Notes under the pieces: generated by a model
Told to the model about the DNA's origin: nothing
The model's database searches: none
What the model saw: the letters and a program-made list of their open reading frames with translations, nothing else
In this document: piece by piece, positions 25,301 through 35,832 of the stretch
How the letters are laid out: each line of letters opens with the position of its first letter
How positions within the stretch are numbered: the first letter of the stretch is position 1
Made by a program: the position numbers and the translations under genes
NCBI GenBank assembly: GCA_040954595.2
Contig: CM082592.2
Coordinates: 4,666,735 to 4,730,734 of the forward strand
Reading direction: 5' to 3'
From: Balanoglossus misakiensis
Lineage: Eukaryota > Animalia > Hemichordata
Length of the DNA: 64,000 nt

Positions 25301-28300
25301 GTCAGTCTGTAGTATTCGAATTGTGCCATAGACATTACAGTAAAGAGATTGCAATAAACTCAGTAACTCAGTAATTTCTTTTGCGATCATAAATTGCAAC
25401 TAGTTTCGCCAAGTGTGCATTCACATTAAATTGCGGTAACTTGGGAATTGTCCAGTTCTGTGGTCCAGATGATGAGCCCTAGAGTTCATGACCAGTTTCT
25501 TGTGTCTTTGATGACATTACAGGTCAATGACACACCCAAGGAGGTTACCGCGGAAGCCAGTGTTGAGGACACCGTACTGTCGCTGACAACGGGCGAGGAT
25601 TCGCAACTGGACAAACTGCTGGATTCGGGCGACTCTCAGTCGGTGCTGCAGTTCATCGGCGTGGTCACCTCTTTGCTGAACACAGAGTCGGAGAAGGAAG
25701 CGCACACAGTGCACCATTCTGCCCCCGGCGACACCACAGATCACAGCTCGGACGACAGCCAGACGTCGACCGAAGTGCACGATTCCGGTCAGGATGAGAA
25801 AATGCAACAACGAATCCAGGTAAATTGTGCGAGTTTTTTGTTTTGTTTTTGAAAGATTGTTTCTCCCAAAAGCCATTAACTGACAACAAAATCAAACCAC
25901 ATTTTGAGTCTAAGTCTGTAATTTCTTGCCATGGCTTAATATGCACAAGTTACACACTGAGTTTGAAGTGTAAACTTTTTTCACTTTATAAGATCAGAGA
26001 AGCAATGCTTGACAGTCTAACCAGAGAAACAGTGACTAGCTTAGAAGGAGTACAACAGCAGTCGGTGGCCATAACACAAATAACCAAAGAAGAATCAGAA
26101 GTCAGTGTTGATGCACAGGTATGAATTTAATTATAATTATACAACGTAGATATAAAACACCCACGAGTGTCTTTCAAATTAGAATTTTTGCCTACATCAA
26201 ATTGCTTTGATTTCATTTTTCAATGATGACATGTTTCAAACAAAACTAACATTCCTTTGAACAAATCATAAAAGTGTTTCCTCCAACCATGCATAGCCAG
26301 ACAACAATGCAAATCTGATGAGCACTGCAGGACTGACTATTTCTACCATGAATTCTGATTTTTAGATTAATGCATTATTGCATTTATGTAGAGGTGCCTC
26401 AGAAGGCTATCTGTGACCGAAAGTGGGAGTCGCACTTTTGTGGCAATTAAGTCACTATCTGCGACTGTCTCAAATGGTATCTGCGACAGATCGCACATGT
26501 CCTTGACACGATTTTCTTTCTCCTGCATTCTTTCCCCAGAAAACAGCCACCTCGGCTTTGAAAGAAATGGCCGACTTCCTCAAGGACCAGTCCAAAATCG
26601 GCGTCAGTTCGGAGACCATCGAGCAGGCCTCATCCACCATAGTTGCAGCACTTGATCATATTCTTGATGCTGCAAAATTACAAGCCATGAAAAATGCCAC
26701 TTGGGATTCAGATGATGACAGTGTCCAGAAGGTATTAGAAGAATTTAATTTTGTGCAGTACAAAATTCACTGTTTGTAATTGCTACCATTAGTGGATATG
26801 CATATCAAGGATGAGAATGCCATCAGTGGGTCGACCCATTAATGTTTCACTGGGTTTTAATTAAGATCAATTTGTTTTGTTTCACCTATGCAAATTTAGC
26901 TGCAGTTACCATGGCAAACTGAGATCTAGCCAATCACAGATTTTCAGTGGGTGGTACACGCGAAAAAAAAACGCCACCATATGTTCTTTAGAACACTCAA
27001 ATGCACAATTTCTGCCATATATGGGCGTACATGTATGTAACTTCGAGGTGACCGTATACCTTTAAGTCCAAGTTTAGTTTTTACCAAAAAATGGATGCTA
27101 TGTGAAATTGTGAATGAAAGATTAAAAGGAGAATTTTGGTGATGAACCTATACCTGTTGCTATTAATTTTTTCAGAGTCGCAACATTTCTGCTGGCACTG
27201 TGTCGGCGTTAAACAGCATCATGGACGCCATCTTGGAGAGTAAGGTTCCTGGGGAGAGTGCAACAGTCATGAAATCGCACAGCATGTCCATGCTGTTTGA
27301 CAGACAGGAACTGTACGACATCGGTGGGACGACTCTATCTAGTGGTGGCGACATCGAATTCAACTTGCCATCGAATGATGTCATCTTCAATACAGTGGAT
27401 TCAGAGTCGGTGTTCGATACTGTTGTTGACATGAAGGTGTGTTTGGAAAGCATTTGGTGTTTTCATAATATCTCTTTAATTGTTGTATAGACTTGTTGAG
27501 TAGAAGTACTGACAGTCATGTGTATAATTGTAAAATAATTGAATCAGAAAAGTTGGATATTTTTTTGTAGGTACAGCACTTTAAGTCAAGTCCATTTCAA
27601 TGGACAAGGAATTCTTCACAAGTGACGTCATCAGTCAGCAGTTTAGAGTTAACCGAGAAAGACGGTGCGAAAATTGCAGTCCGGGATCTGGACGAGCCCA
27701 TCCGGATTCTGCTTCCCCATAGCGACGGCGACGCTTTCAGCCCGCACGAAATCTACACCATGGCCAAGGCGAACAACTTGACTTTTCTGAACGTGTCCAT
27801 GGACGATCCTGACGCGGCGGTGCTGTTTGAAGTTCATTCCCAAGACCCTCAGTGGACAGATATCAAGATGTACCTGCAGTACGAGAGCGAGCCAAGCCAG
27901 CGGGTTTACGACTACCACGTGGAATTCCCGCGCCCCGTTAACTATTCCTCTCTCCCCGGAAACGCAGGGAACGTCTCGGCAGACTTGGAATACACGTGGA
28001 TTTCTCAGCCCAGCGAGAGGTTCCAGAACGGCAAGTATGTTGTGGGCGTTCGGGTTGGTGGCGTTGAGGGCGTGTCGACAGAGGATGTGGCGGTCAACGT
28101 CAGTCTGTCCGTCTATCAAGTCGTGTGTCGTTATTGGAATGAAACAGAGGAAACGTGGCTAACAGATGGATGCAAGGTACGGCCTCATGATATTATTCCC
28201 ATAATTTTCCTGATATTAAAGGTATACAGTCACCTCCAATTCGCATATCACCATATATACCGGTAGCTGAAATAGAGTTACATGTACATGTTAAAGAACG

Positions 28301-31300
28301 TATGGTGGCGCTCTTTTTTCCCTGTGTGCCACCCACCGAAAATCTGTGATTGGTTAGATCTCGGTTTACCATGGTAACTGTAGCTTAATTTGCATTGGTG
28401 ACCGTGTACCTTGAAACTGAACAGAGAAATTTTCTTACCCAAAGAAGTAGAGAAATCTATCTTTTAAGTGGTTTTTGTGCAGTGTGATTTTCATTGTTGG
28501 CAAGTAATGCTGGCTATAATATTATTAACAAGCCATTTTTATTTTATCTCCATTACCAGGTATCTTCATATTCTACCATTCGAGCAATCAGATGTGAATG
28601 CAACCATCTAAGTTTCTTTGGAACTAGCTTCTTTGTTGCACCCTATGAAATTAATTTTGCTGAGGACATCGCCCTGTTTTTAACAATTGCCGATAATCCC
28701 ATCATGTTGGGGACGCTCATTGCCATATTTGTTGTCTTTCTCTTCAGTGCAATTCTTGCACATCGGAAAGACATCAGCAATGCAACTAAGGTTAGTGATA
28801 ACTTTTTAGCTCCGCTGTCAGCGACGCAGAGCTTATCAGATAGTTGGACTGCCCGTCGTCGTCCGTCAACAGTTTTCTTCTTTTGTCTTCTTCTCTGAAA
28901 CCGCTGGTCCAACTGTTTGGAAATTTGGTATGCAGCTTCCTTGGGTTGACCTTAGTCTAGTTTGTTCAAATTGTGGTTAGATTTGCATATTTGTATTTTT
29001 GGGATAATTTTCCCTGTTTTTGGTCAAAAATCTTTTTTTTTGTCTTCTTTGAAACCGCTGGCCAATTGTTTGGAAATTTAGTATGCAGCTTTTTTTTCAC
29101 CATACTGCTCAGCAAGAAATTAATTTTCAAATATATTGTCAATGATGATTGACCAAGGCTTTCCAATTTTCTCCACCCAGAGAGAAGTCGTAGTCTTGGA
29201 GGACAACGACCCCCTAGCCAGGATCAACTATCATGTGACCATAATTACGGGCGTACGACAAGGAGCTGGGACCTCGGCAACTGTCAGTCTGACGATATCG
29301 GGCGCCTGGGAAGACAGTGATTGCCACGTTCTCAACCCAGCTGATGGGAACAGGAGAGTCTTACAGACTGGTAGTCGGGATTGTTTCCTGGTGAGAACGC
29401 ACAGATACCTGGGAAATCTGCTGTCGGTGAGACTGTGGCATGATAATGCTGGATCGAGCCCTGGATGGTGAGCGTACACGTACTCCCAAATCCGAAGCTA
29501 ATAAAAACAATCATTGAAAAAAGAATTCTGCTTAAAGGGACAAAGTCTCTCTCTCTCTTGCTGCCCTTTTGCCAATTAATTATGTTTGATACAAGACACC
29601 GTTTATGTTATTCTACATGTGGATATATAGTGAATAGACATACGACCACACACAACTTGCAGACACAAGAATGAAAAACTTGCCAAAATGAATAATCGGT
29701 GTTTACCATTTATTCATTTTGGCGAGATTTTAACTCTCATATCCTAAAAACGGGATGGAAGTTGTGCAGTCATTGGCATTTTTTTTTTGTAATGGGCAGG
29801 CTGTCTGTTTGTATATCTTGTGCTAAAATAGGGCATATATGGTAGATCAATGGAGATTAATTAAAATTTATCATGTATATTTTTTTTTCTAAATCAGGTT
29901 TGTCAGCCGCATTGTCGTGGAAAATCTGGAGACGGGAATCCAGTGGTACTTCCTGTGTAAATCCTGGATATCCACGCAGTCCGGATCAATCGACAGAACG
30001 TTCCTGGTGGCTACCCCGGAGGAACTGAGCTCATTCCAGCACCTCTTTGTGACCAGAACGGTTCAGGATTTCCGTGACGGGCACCTGTGGTTCAGCATCT
30101 TCTCCCGACCTGCCTACAGCCAGTTCAACTGTCTCCAGCGGGTCTCCTGCTGTCTCTCGCTCTTGCTCTGCACGATGCTGGCCGGTTTGATGTTCTACGG
30201 CGTCACCGTGGAGCCCGGTCAGGCAGAATTCGACTTTGGACACTTCAGGATGACCGTCACAGAGATTATGATCGGTGTACAGAGCGGGCTGGTGACCGTT
30301 CCCATCAACGTGGCCATTGTGCAGATATTCAGGAACCTGAGGCCGAGAATATCGACGGCTTCTTGGAAGCAGCAGCTGGCGGGTCTTCAAAGTCTGTGTT
30401 TTGGTGAGACAGGCGGAGGGGACAATGTTGAGTTCAGTGCACAAACAAGCTCTCGTGGAAACGATGACGGTGGTGTTAGTGGTGGTGGTGATTTTGGTCG
30501 TAGTGGAGCAAAGACTTTATCAAATGGCCAAGTTGTGTCATCATCAGAACGGAGCCTCTCTGAGCACGAGAGCAAACTATCTGAGGAAAGACGTGCCTCC
30601 TCAACTGCACAAGTCGATCAAGAAGTGGTGAGCTCTGATGAAGGTTCATGTGTTGATGTCGAGAGCATCAAGATCTCGGAAACAGATTCCCATGACAGCC
30701 AGTTGTCGTCCCTGGACGCCCTTCTGCAGGACGGACACAAAGCACACGTGAGCAAGAAGTTACAACAGGTGCTCGACAGGCTAGAAGAGATGTCTCCGGC
30801 CGACTTCCGCACCCCGGCCGACTACGCCCTGACCAAATGGAAACTGCAGAAGATGCTCTCCTTGCAGTCGGAGTACGTGGCCGCACCGCAGAAGTTCTAC
30901 AACAAAGGCAAGGATCTGGTGGAAAATTTCATCAAGAGCCACCAGTCGGGATTCTTCCCCTGGTGGTTTGTGTACGTGGGCTGGATCCTGGTCACTCTGA
31001 CGTGCCTCGCGTCGGCCTTCTTCATCCTGTGGTACGGGCTGAAGTACGGCCGGCAGAAGTCCATCGATTGGCTGGTGTCCATGGCGGTGTCGCTGTTTCA
31101 GAGCGTGTTCTGCATCCAACCGTTCAAAGTGATCATTTTGGCCATGATTGTGTCGTCCCTGTTTGGAAAGACCGACGATCAAGTGACATCTGAAATTGAA
31201 AAGTCAAGCAAGTATGGTAAGCAGTTCTCTACTCTTTTGTATAGTAGCGCTCTTTTTATTCACTGTGCCACCCACTAAAAATCCGTGGTTGGCCGGATCT

Positions 31301-33972
31301 CATTTTGCCATGGTAACTGCAGCTAAATTTCCATAGGTGATTACCTTGACCTGGTGACCTGCTTGTTTCCCCACATCACTGACAATGAAACCAATTTTCA
31401 AAAACAAAAATTTCATAACTGAAGTTTTATTTATCCAAGTTGTTTTGCATCTAATGATTTTGTTTATTTTCAGATGCCACTGTACTGAAAGGTGACATCG
31501 ACAGCCACATCAGTCGTCTGAAACACATCCGACAGGCGCCGCAGTACCACCCGCCACCTCAAGCGATCGTCCGTCAGGCGGCGAAGGAGCTGGAGAAACA
31601 GCAGCGGGTCAACGCCTTGGTGAAGGAAATGCTTTGCAGCGTCATATTGTTGTTCTTGATAACCACCATCGCCTTCAATCTGGTGTCTCCAAACGCCATC
31701 CACTGGAACAACGTGTTGGGAAATACGCTCGCTGATGGCTTTGATGAGGTTTGTCTATTCTTTACTATCAATCACGTGATCTGGTCATGTGACCCACGGT
31801 GTTGTCATTTTCAGATGACGGGCAAGCAATATTTCGGCATCCAGTAAAAGTTTTTCCGAGTATGGTTTTACATGTATCAGGTATGGTGCTTCATCAGCCT
31901 CATTGCATTTCGTCTGCACAGTCTTTGTCTGCACAACGTTAGTCCACGTTGCTGAAGTTGCCCGTCATCTGGAAATTTGAATGCCAACGTAACTGCCGCC
32001 TGAGAGCGTCTGATGTCATTTGATATCGAGAATTGTAATGTAGATCTCCTATCTATCATCAAATGTCAAAAATGATAACACTGAAAAAGAAATTGAACCT
32101 GTTTTTCAGATTGGAGCCTATGAAGATATATTTGATTGGATGAATGATGCCTTGTTGCCCGGGTTGTATGGCGTTGAGGATTACCCAGGCACAGACAGTA
32201 GCACCACTAGACTGCTGGGTAGTGCCAGGTTACGACAAGTGAGGATCAAAAAAGGTGAGAGAGAGAGAGCGGCTACCATTGAAAGGAGATCGTTTGACAA
32301 TTGTGATGCATACTATCATCTGTTTGTCGATGTAGTGCTGACATTCACCTTAAAATATTGAATTGTCACTGGAATTTATTATCACTGAAAACAAATATTT
32401 TGAATATTAGAGATTTTATTTTCTCTATTTCTTGTGTAAGAGTCGGAAACAAGAATTTTCACTGGGATTTTTTTTTTATTTTTGTGGAAAAATGAGTCAA
32501 GCGAAATAGTTAATTGTTAAGTGAAAATTGAATGTCCACTTCAAAGAAAACAACATTAGATACATGTATATCAATTTTCTGTTTTCCTGCTAGATTCATG
32601 CCAAGTGCACAAGGTGTTGGAGTCAACAATGAAGAGCTGCCTGGCCAGGTACTCCAGTAGCTATGAAGACAGACAGTCGTACGGTGATTCGTGGGATGGG
32701 GGCGTGGTCGCTTCTGTCGACCAGTCCAACAGGTGGCACTATCAGACCTCAGATGTGGCCCGGGGCAGCTACTTCGTGGGCGACTTTGCGGTTTACGGAA
32801 GGGGCGGGTACGTGGCCAACTTGGGAACCATGATGGACGACGCCTCGCGTGTCGTGCAAGAAGTGTACGAGTCGTCGTGGGTGGACGACAGAACCCGAGC
32901 TCTGTACGTCGAGCTGACTGTGTACAACGGCGACGCAAATCTCATCAGCGTGGTGACCTTCCTTCTTGAACTTCCCGCGACCGGCGGCGTTTTTCCGTCC
33001 TATGAGATGGTCACCACCAAATACTACAAACGGGAACTGCTTACGAATATCTTCATCCTCATATGTCAAATTCTATACGTAATCATCACTGGTGGTTACA
33101 TATTCATCATAGTGTCAGGTATCCACCAGCATAAGTGGCAATATTTTTGCAGTCTCTGGAACCTGCTGGATGTGCTGGAAGTCCTGTTCTCCCTGGCTTC
33201 CATGTCTCTGTACATTTACCACCTGACGGAGTCTGTTAACACCATCGCCAAGTACAAGTCCAATCCTCAATCATTCACCAGTTTTCACACCGCGGCTTTC
33301 TCGTACCAAGCGCTCAACATCACGTCGGCTTTTGTCGTTTTCATCGCCACGGTGAAGTTAGGCAAAATGCTGCGGACTAACAGCAGCGTCTACCTCGTGC
33401 AGAGAACATTCCAACTGATTTATTCGCACTTGATCGCCTTCACCGTCATGATCGGCTACGTCGTCTACGCCTTCTGCCAGTTTGCGTACGTGGTTTTCGG
33501 GAACAAGATTCCCGAGTACAGCACCATGATATCGTCGGCCGAATCGCTGCTCGGTTTTCTCCTGGGGCAGTTTGATCTCACCGAGCTGAACGAGCAGTAT
33601 CGTCTGATCGGTCCCGCCACGTTCGTCCTTCTCATATTCATTGTCTACTTCATCATGGCGCCAATGTATACGATGTTGATGATTAGCGCCTTCCTGGAAA
33701 CGAGCAAGAACAGAACACACTCCGAGGACTCCGATACATTCCTCGTCCTTCTTTCTCAGTTAACATTCGGTAAACTCAAGCTGAGTAGAATGTCTGACAA
33801 ATTATCTACTGAACCGTCAAATTTGACAATTTCTGTTGATGACTCCGAGCAACTTTCAGACTTAAAGACCAGTGATAGCGACTTCAAGGACTATTCCCCT
33901 GCAGAGAGCAGTGTGGAACAGTCAACTCTAGAGGGCAGTCTTTATAGCTTAGAAACACAGGGCGTGCACTGA
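15627..33972 (+). CDS. Polycystin-1-like / receptor-for-egg-jelly (PKD1L/PKDREJ-family) protein, ~2633 aa
   Basis: 21 phase-consistent exons totalling 7902 nt: 15627-15720 (signal peptide), 17799-18083, 18594-18878, 19645-19836, 20022-20987, 22087-22236, 22701-22884, 23444-23694, 24200-24430, 24885-25030, 25523-25819, 25993-26118, 26540-26731, 27176-27436, 27571-28176, 28560-28790, 29181-29467, 29898-31216, 31474-31748, 32110-32254, 32594-33972. PKD domain (LDFGDG...HAYDTTGEYTVTL), REJ (DGSKSRDPD..FQWFC), GPS (CRYWNETEETWLTDGC...CECNHL/SFFG), PLAT (TGVRQGAGTSA, LWHDNAG), TOP domain (RLRQVRIK, WVDDRTRALYVELTVYN) and a 6-TM channel segment. The first four exons are less certain than the rest. 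Confidence 0.92.
15819..15831. promoter_or_regulatory. RFX X-box-like motif in the first intron of the polycystin gene
   Basis: GTAGCTAGGCAAC matches the degenerate X-box palindrome, ~100 bp after the first coding exon. Function untested. Confidence 0.3.
16012..16827. mobile_element. PIF/Harbinger-like MITE
   Basis: Perfect TIR GGGACTGTCCAGAATTTACTTCCA / TGGAAGTAAATTCTGGACAGTCCC, flanked on both sides by TTA (16009-16011 and 16828-16830). Subterminal C-run motifs. Confidence 0.8.
16922..17285. mobile_element. Kolobok-like palindromic MITE, family A, copy 1
   Basis: TTAA|AGGGACAAAGTC...GACATTGTCCCT|TTAA with long inverted arms. Four more copies in the window. Confidence 0.8.
19309..19580 (+). 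repeat. Interspersed repeat family D, copy 1
   Basis: ~270 bp, the reverse complement of 31766-32035. A terminal fragment (GGGTCACATG..CAGATCACGTGATTGATA) also occurs at ~15335-15393. Confidence 0.8.
21387..21800. mobile_element. Kolobok-like MITE, family B
   Basis: TTAA|GGATGTACG...CGTACATCC|TTAA, with an internal inverted pair AATAAAATATAGGGGTCACCGCGCT / AGCGCGGTGACCCCTATATTTTATT. Confidence 0.75.
22296..22388. repeat. Compound microsatellite (TTTC)n-(TTTA)n
   Basis: Directly visible tandem tetranucleotide runs. Confidence 0.9.
22967..23284. mobile_element. Kolobok-like MITE, family A, copy 2
   Basis: TTAA|AGGGACAAAGTCTCTC...GAATTTGTCTCT|TTAA, collinear with 16922-17285. Confidence 0.8.
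24462..24678. mobile_element. Family A MITE, truncated copy 3
   Basis: TTAA|AAGGACAAAGTCTCTCTCGCTGCCCTTTTTCCATTAA followed by the family core TGTAGACACGAGAGTGAAAAACTCGCCAAAATGAATAA. Confidence 0.7.
26880..27061 (-). mobile_element. Kolobok-like MITE family E (octamer/X-box/CCAAT carrier), copy 1
   Basis: Ends GGTGACCGTATACCT|TTAA. Reverse complement of 28220-28411. Confidence 0.7.
28220..28411 (+). mobile_element. Kolobok-like MITE family E, copy 2 (complete)
   Basis: TTAA|AGGTATACAGTCACC...GGTGACCGTGTACCT|TGAA. Confidence 0.75.
28803..29092 (+). mobile_element. Helentron-associated non-autonomous element (HINE/DINE-1-like), truncated
   Basis: T-run then AGCTC...GAGCT short inverted repeat, a (CGTC)n microsatellite, then tandem ~155-bp units (TGAAACCGCTGG.CCAA.TGTTTGGAAATTT.GTATGCAGC twice). 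This is the HINE architecture. Confidence 0.65.
29536..29770. mobile_element. Family A MITE, truncated copy 4
   Basis: TTAA|AGGGACAAAGTCTCTCTCTC followed by the family core. Confidence 0.7.
31240..31347 (+). mobile_element. Family E MITE, partial copy 3
   Basis: TGTGCCACCCAC..AAAATC.GTG.TTGG...GATCTC..TTT.CCATGGTAACTG.AGCT.AATTT.CAT.GGTGA shared with 28301-28401. Confidence 0.7.
31766..32035 (-). repeat. Interspersed repeat family D, copy 2 (inverted)
   Basis: Reverse complement of 19309-19580 over its full length. Confidence 0.8.
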
Positions 33973-34183
33973 AAGCCAAGGAAAGATATTGTTGTCATGC
34001 TATATTTAAAGGTCCATTATCTGTAACTGTGGACTAATTTTCTGTATTTTTATTCTGTGTATTAGCTCACCTTCCCCTGGCAGAGTTAAATGAGCAGTGT
34101 TAGTCCCCTCAACATAGACCATAACGTGTCACTGCACATGTAAATTTTGAAATTGTATTCAAATCTGTTTTTGAATGTTTGTC

Positions 34184-34189
34184 AATAAA
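34184..34189 (+). terminator. Candidate polyadenylation signal of the polycystin gene
   Basis: AATAAA ~210 bp after the stop codon, a second AATAAA 10 bp later, and T-rich downstream sequence. Confidence 0.4.
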
Positions 34190-34614
34190 ACAAATAAATA
34201 CGTAACATTTTCAATTATATGTTTTATTTTATAAGTTGATAACTTATATTGAACGGATAAAATCAATCATTGGTCCATTGTACATCAGGTAAAGCAATAC
34301 TGTAATGAGCTGGAGAGGTTGATGGATGAAATTCCCCAACATTTATGCTGCCTCGTTTATGTGGTCGTTTTCACAAGATTGACAATTTACGATCAGAGTT
34401 CCCCATGCGGTTATCGTTATTGCAATTTCTTTAAAGGGAATTCATTGATGTGGAACATATTTTCTTTCTATCTCTACCTTGTGGCCTATGTTCTGACCAG
34501 TGTACGAGCTCGATAATTGGAGATAAAGGTAGGCAAAACATAGGTGGCATACTAATTTTTAGACTGATCATACTACGCACACAATCAACTTGTTATGAAC
34601 CGTTCTAGGCCATT

Positions 34615-35832
34615 TCAGAAAGTTTTATAACTCAAATTTCGCATCTGTCTCTCAGATGTCAACATTTTGTAATTCATCAAACTCATCAATCCTGGGCAGA
34701 GCGACTGCACCGTCTCTACATCGCTGAACAGCAGCCGAGACCTCCAGGACTGCGCAGCCTCAGTGGAGTTCTTCCGGGTACTCATGTTGCCTTTCCCACT
34801 GTTCCTGCTCTGCGTGTTTTGTGAAATCCAGTCGGTCACTTCCACAGGAATCGGGAGTCCGTAGAAATCGTAAATCTCTTTGGCAAGACGGGCGGGATCC
34901 ATGGCTATGTCTTCGTATCTGACAAGCTTATATCGGTCTTTCAACCAGAGAGGGAGATTTTTACTGTATGAGACCATCTCTCTCGCACGTCTGCAATAGA
35001 CTGTTAATCTCGGTATCAGTCCGGCATGGTAGATACTTTGGTGCTTCCTCGCAGGGGGGTACGGTGACATGAATTTCCTGGAACTCGCCACACCCCTGGG
35101 ATCGCGAATCAGGTGTAACACTTTGAGATTTAGTCCTTCGTCAACCACTAAAGTTTTCAACATTTCCAACGACTCCACGCGAATCACTTTCATTCCCAGA
35201 TGTGGGGAATTTCGGCAGCGTTTGACGAGATCATCCACGCTGACATTTTTACAGCCGTGGCGCGCCGTGCACAGCGCCCTCAGCGCCTTGCTTTCCCTCG
35301 CCGCTAAAAGCCAATTCCGCACGTGGTGCAGGTAGTAAGTCGGAAAGCGGCAGTTGAATGTATCGGTCAAAATTTCCAGGTTCGTCGAGTTTTTCAACTC
35401 TGGCGACACGGCGTGCCGTTGGACGAGGTCAGAAACCAATCTGAGCGGCTCGAAAAAGTAAAACACGTCGTCATTTTGATTCAGGAGCTGTCCGGTGAAG
35501 GTGGAACCGGTCCTGTAATCTGCTACGATTAACACGCACACTCTCTGAGACCGCACTGACGCGGTAGGGAAGTTGTCATGGCGATAACCAACATTAAAAA
35601 CGGGTGACACCACTGGATGTGGGACTCCAACCACTGCCTTTGATTTCAGGACCATTCCTTCCTGCACAGTTTCATGGTAGCTTGTGTTCGCAAGCTCCCG
35701 CTCTCCAGTTTGTAGAAATTTCGAATTTGACTGAAAGTGCATCGCCGCATACGTCCATGCGAGAAAAATTGATGTAAAGGCATTAGCAGCAACCATGATG
35801 GCTAAAAACATCTTCAGCTTCATTCGAATCAT
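34615..35832 (-). CDS. Golgi carbohydrate sulfotransferase (CHST1/CHST3/GlcNAc-6-O-sulfotransferase family), 405 aa
   Basis: N-terminal type II TM anchor, 5'-PSB VADYRTGSTFTGQLL, FYFFEPL, 3'-PB LHLIRDPRGVASSR, LVRYEDIA, and C-terminal WR...VQSLC...LMNY. A splice acceptor directly precedes the ATG, and a candidate 5' UTR donor lies at ~36827. Confidence 0.93.
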   Translation of the reverse strand: MIRMKLKMFLAIMVAANAFTSIFLAWTYAAMHFQSNSKFLQTGERELANTSYHETVQEGMVLKSKAVVGVPHPVVSPVFNVGYRHDNFPTASVRSQRVCVLIVADYRTGSTFTGQLLNQNDDVFYFFEPLRLVSDLVQRHAVSPELKNSTNLEILTDTFNCRFPTYYLHHVRNWLLAARESKALRALCTARHGCKNVSVDDLVKRCRNSPHLGMKVIRVESLEMLKTLVVDEGLNLKVLHLIRDPRGVASSRKFMSPYPPARKHQSIYHAGLIPRLTVYCRRAREMVSYSKNLPLWLKDRYKLVRYEDIAMDPARLAKEIYDFYGLPIPVEVTDWISQNTQSRNSGKGNMSTRKNSTEAAQSWRSRLLFSDVETVQSLCPGLMSLMNYKMLTSERQMRNLSYKTF

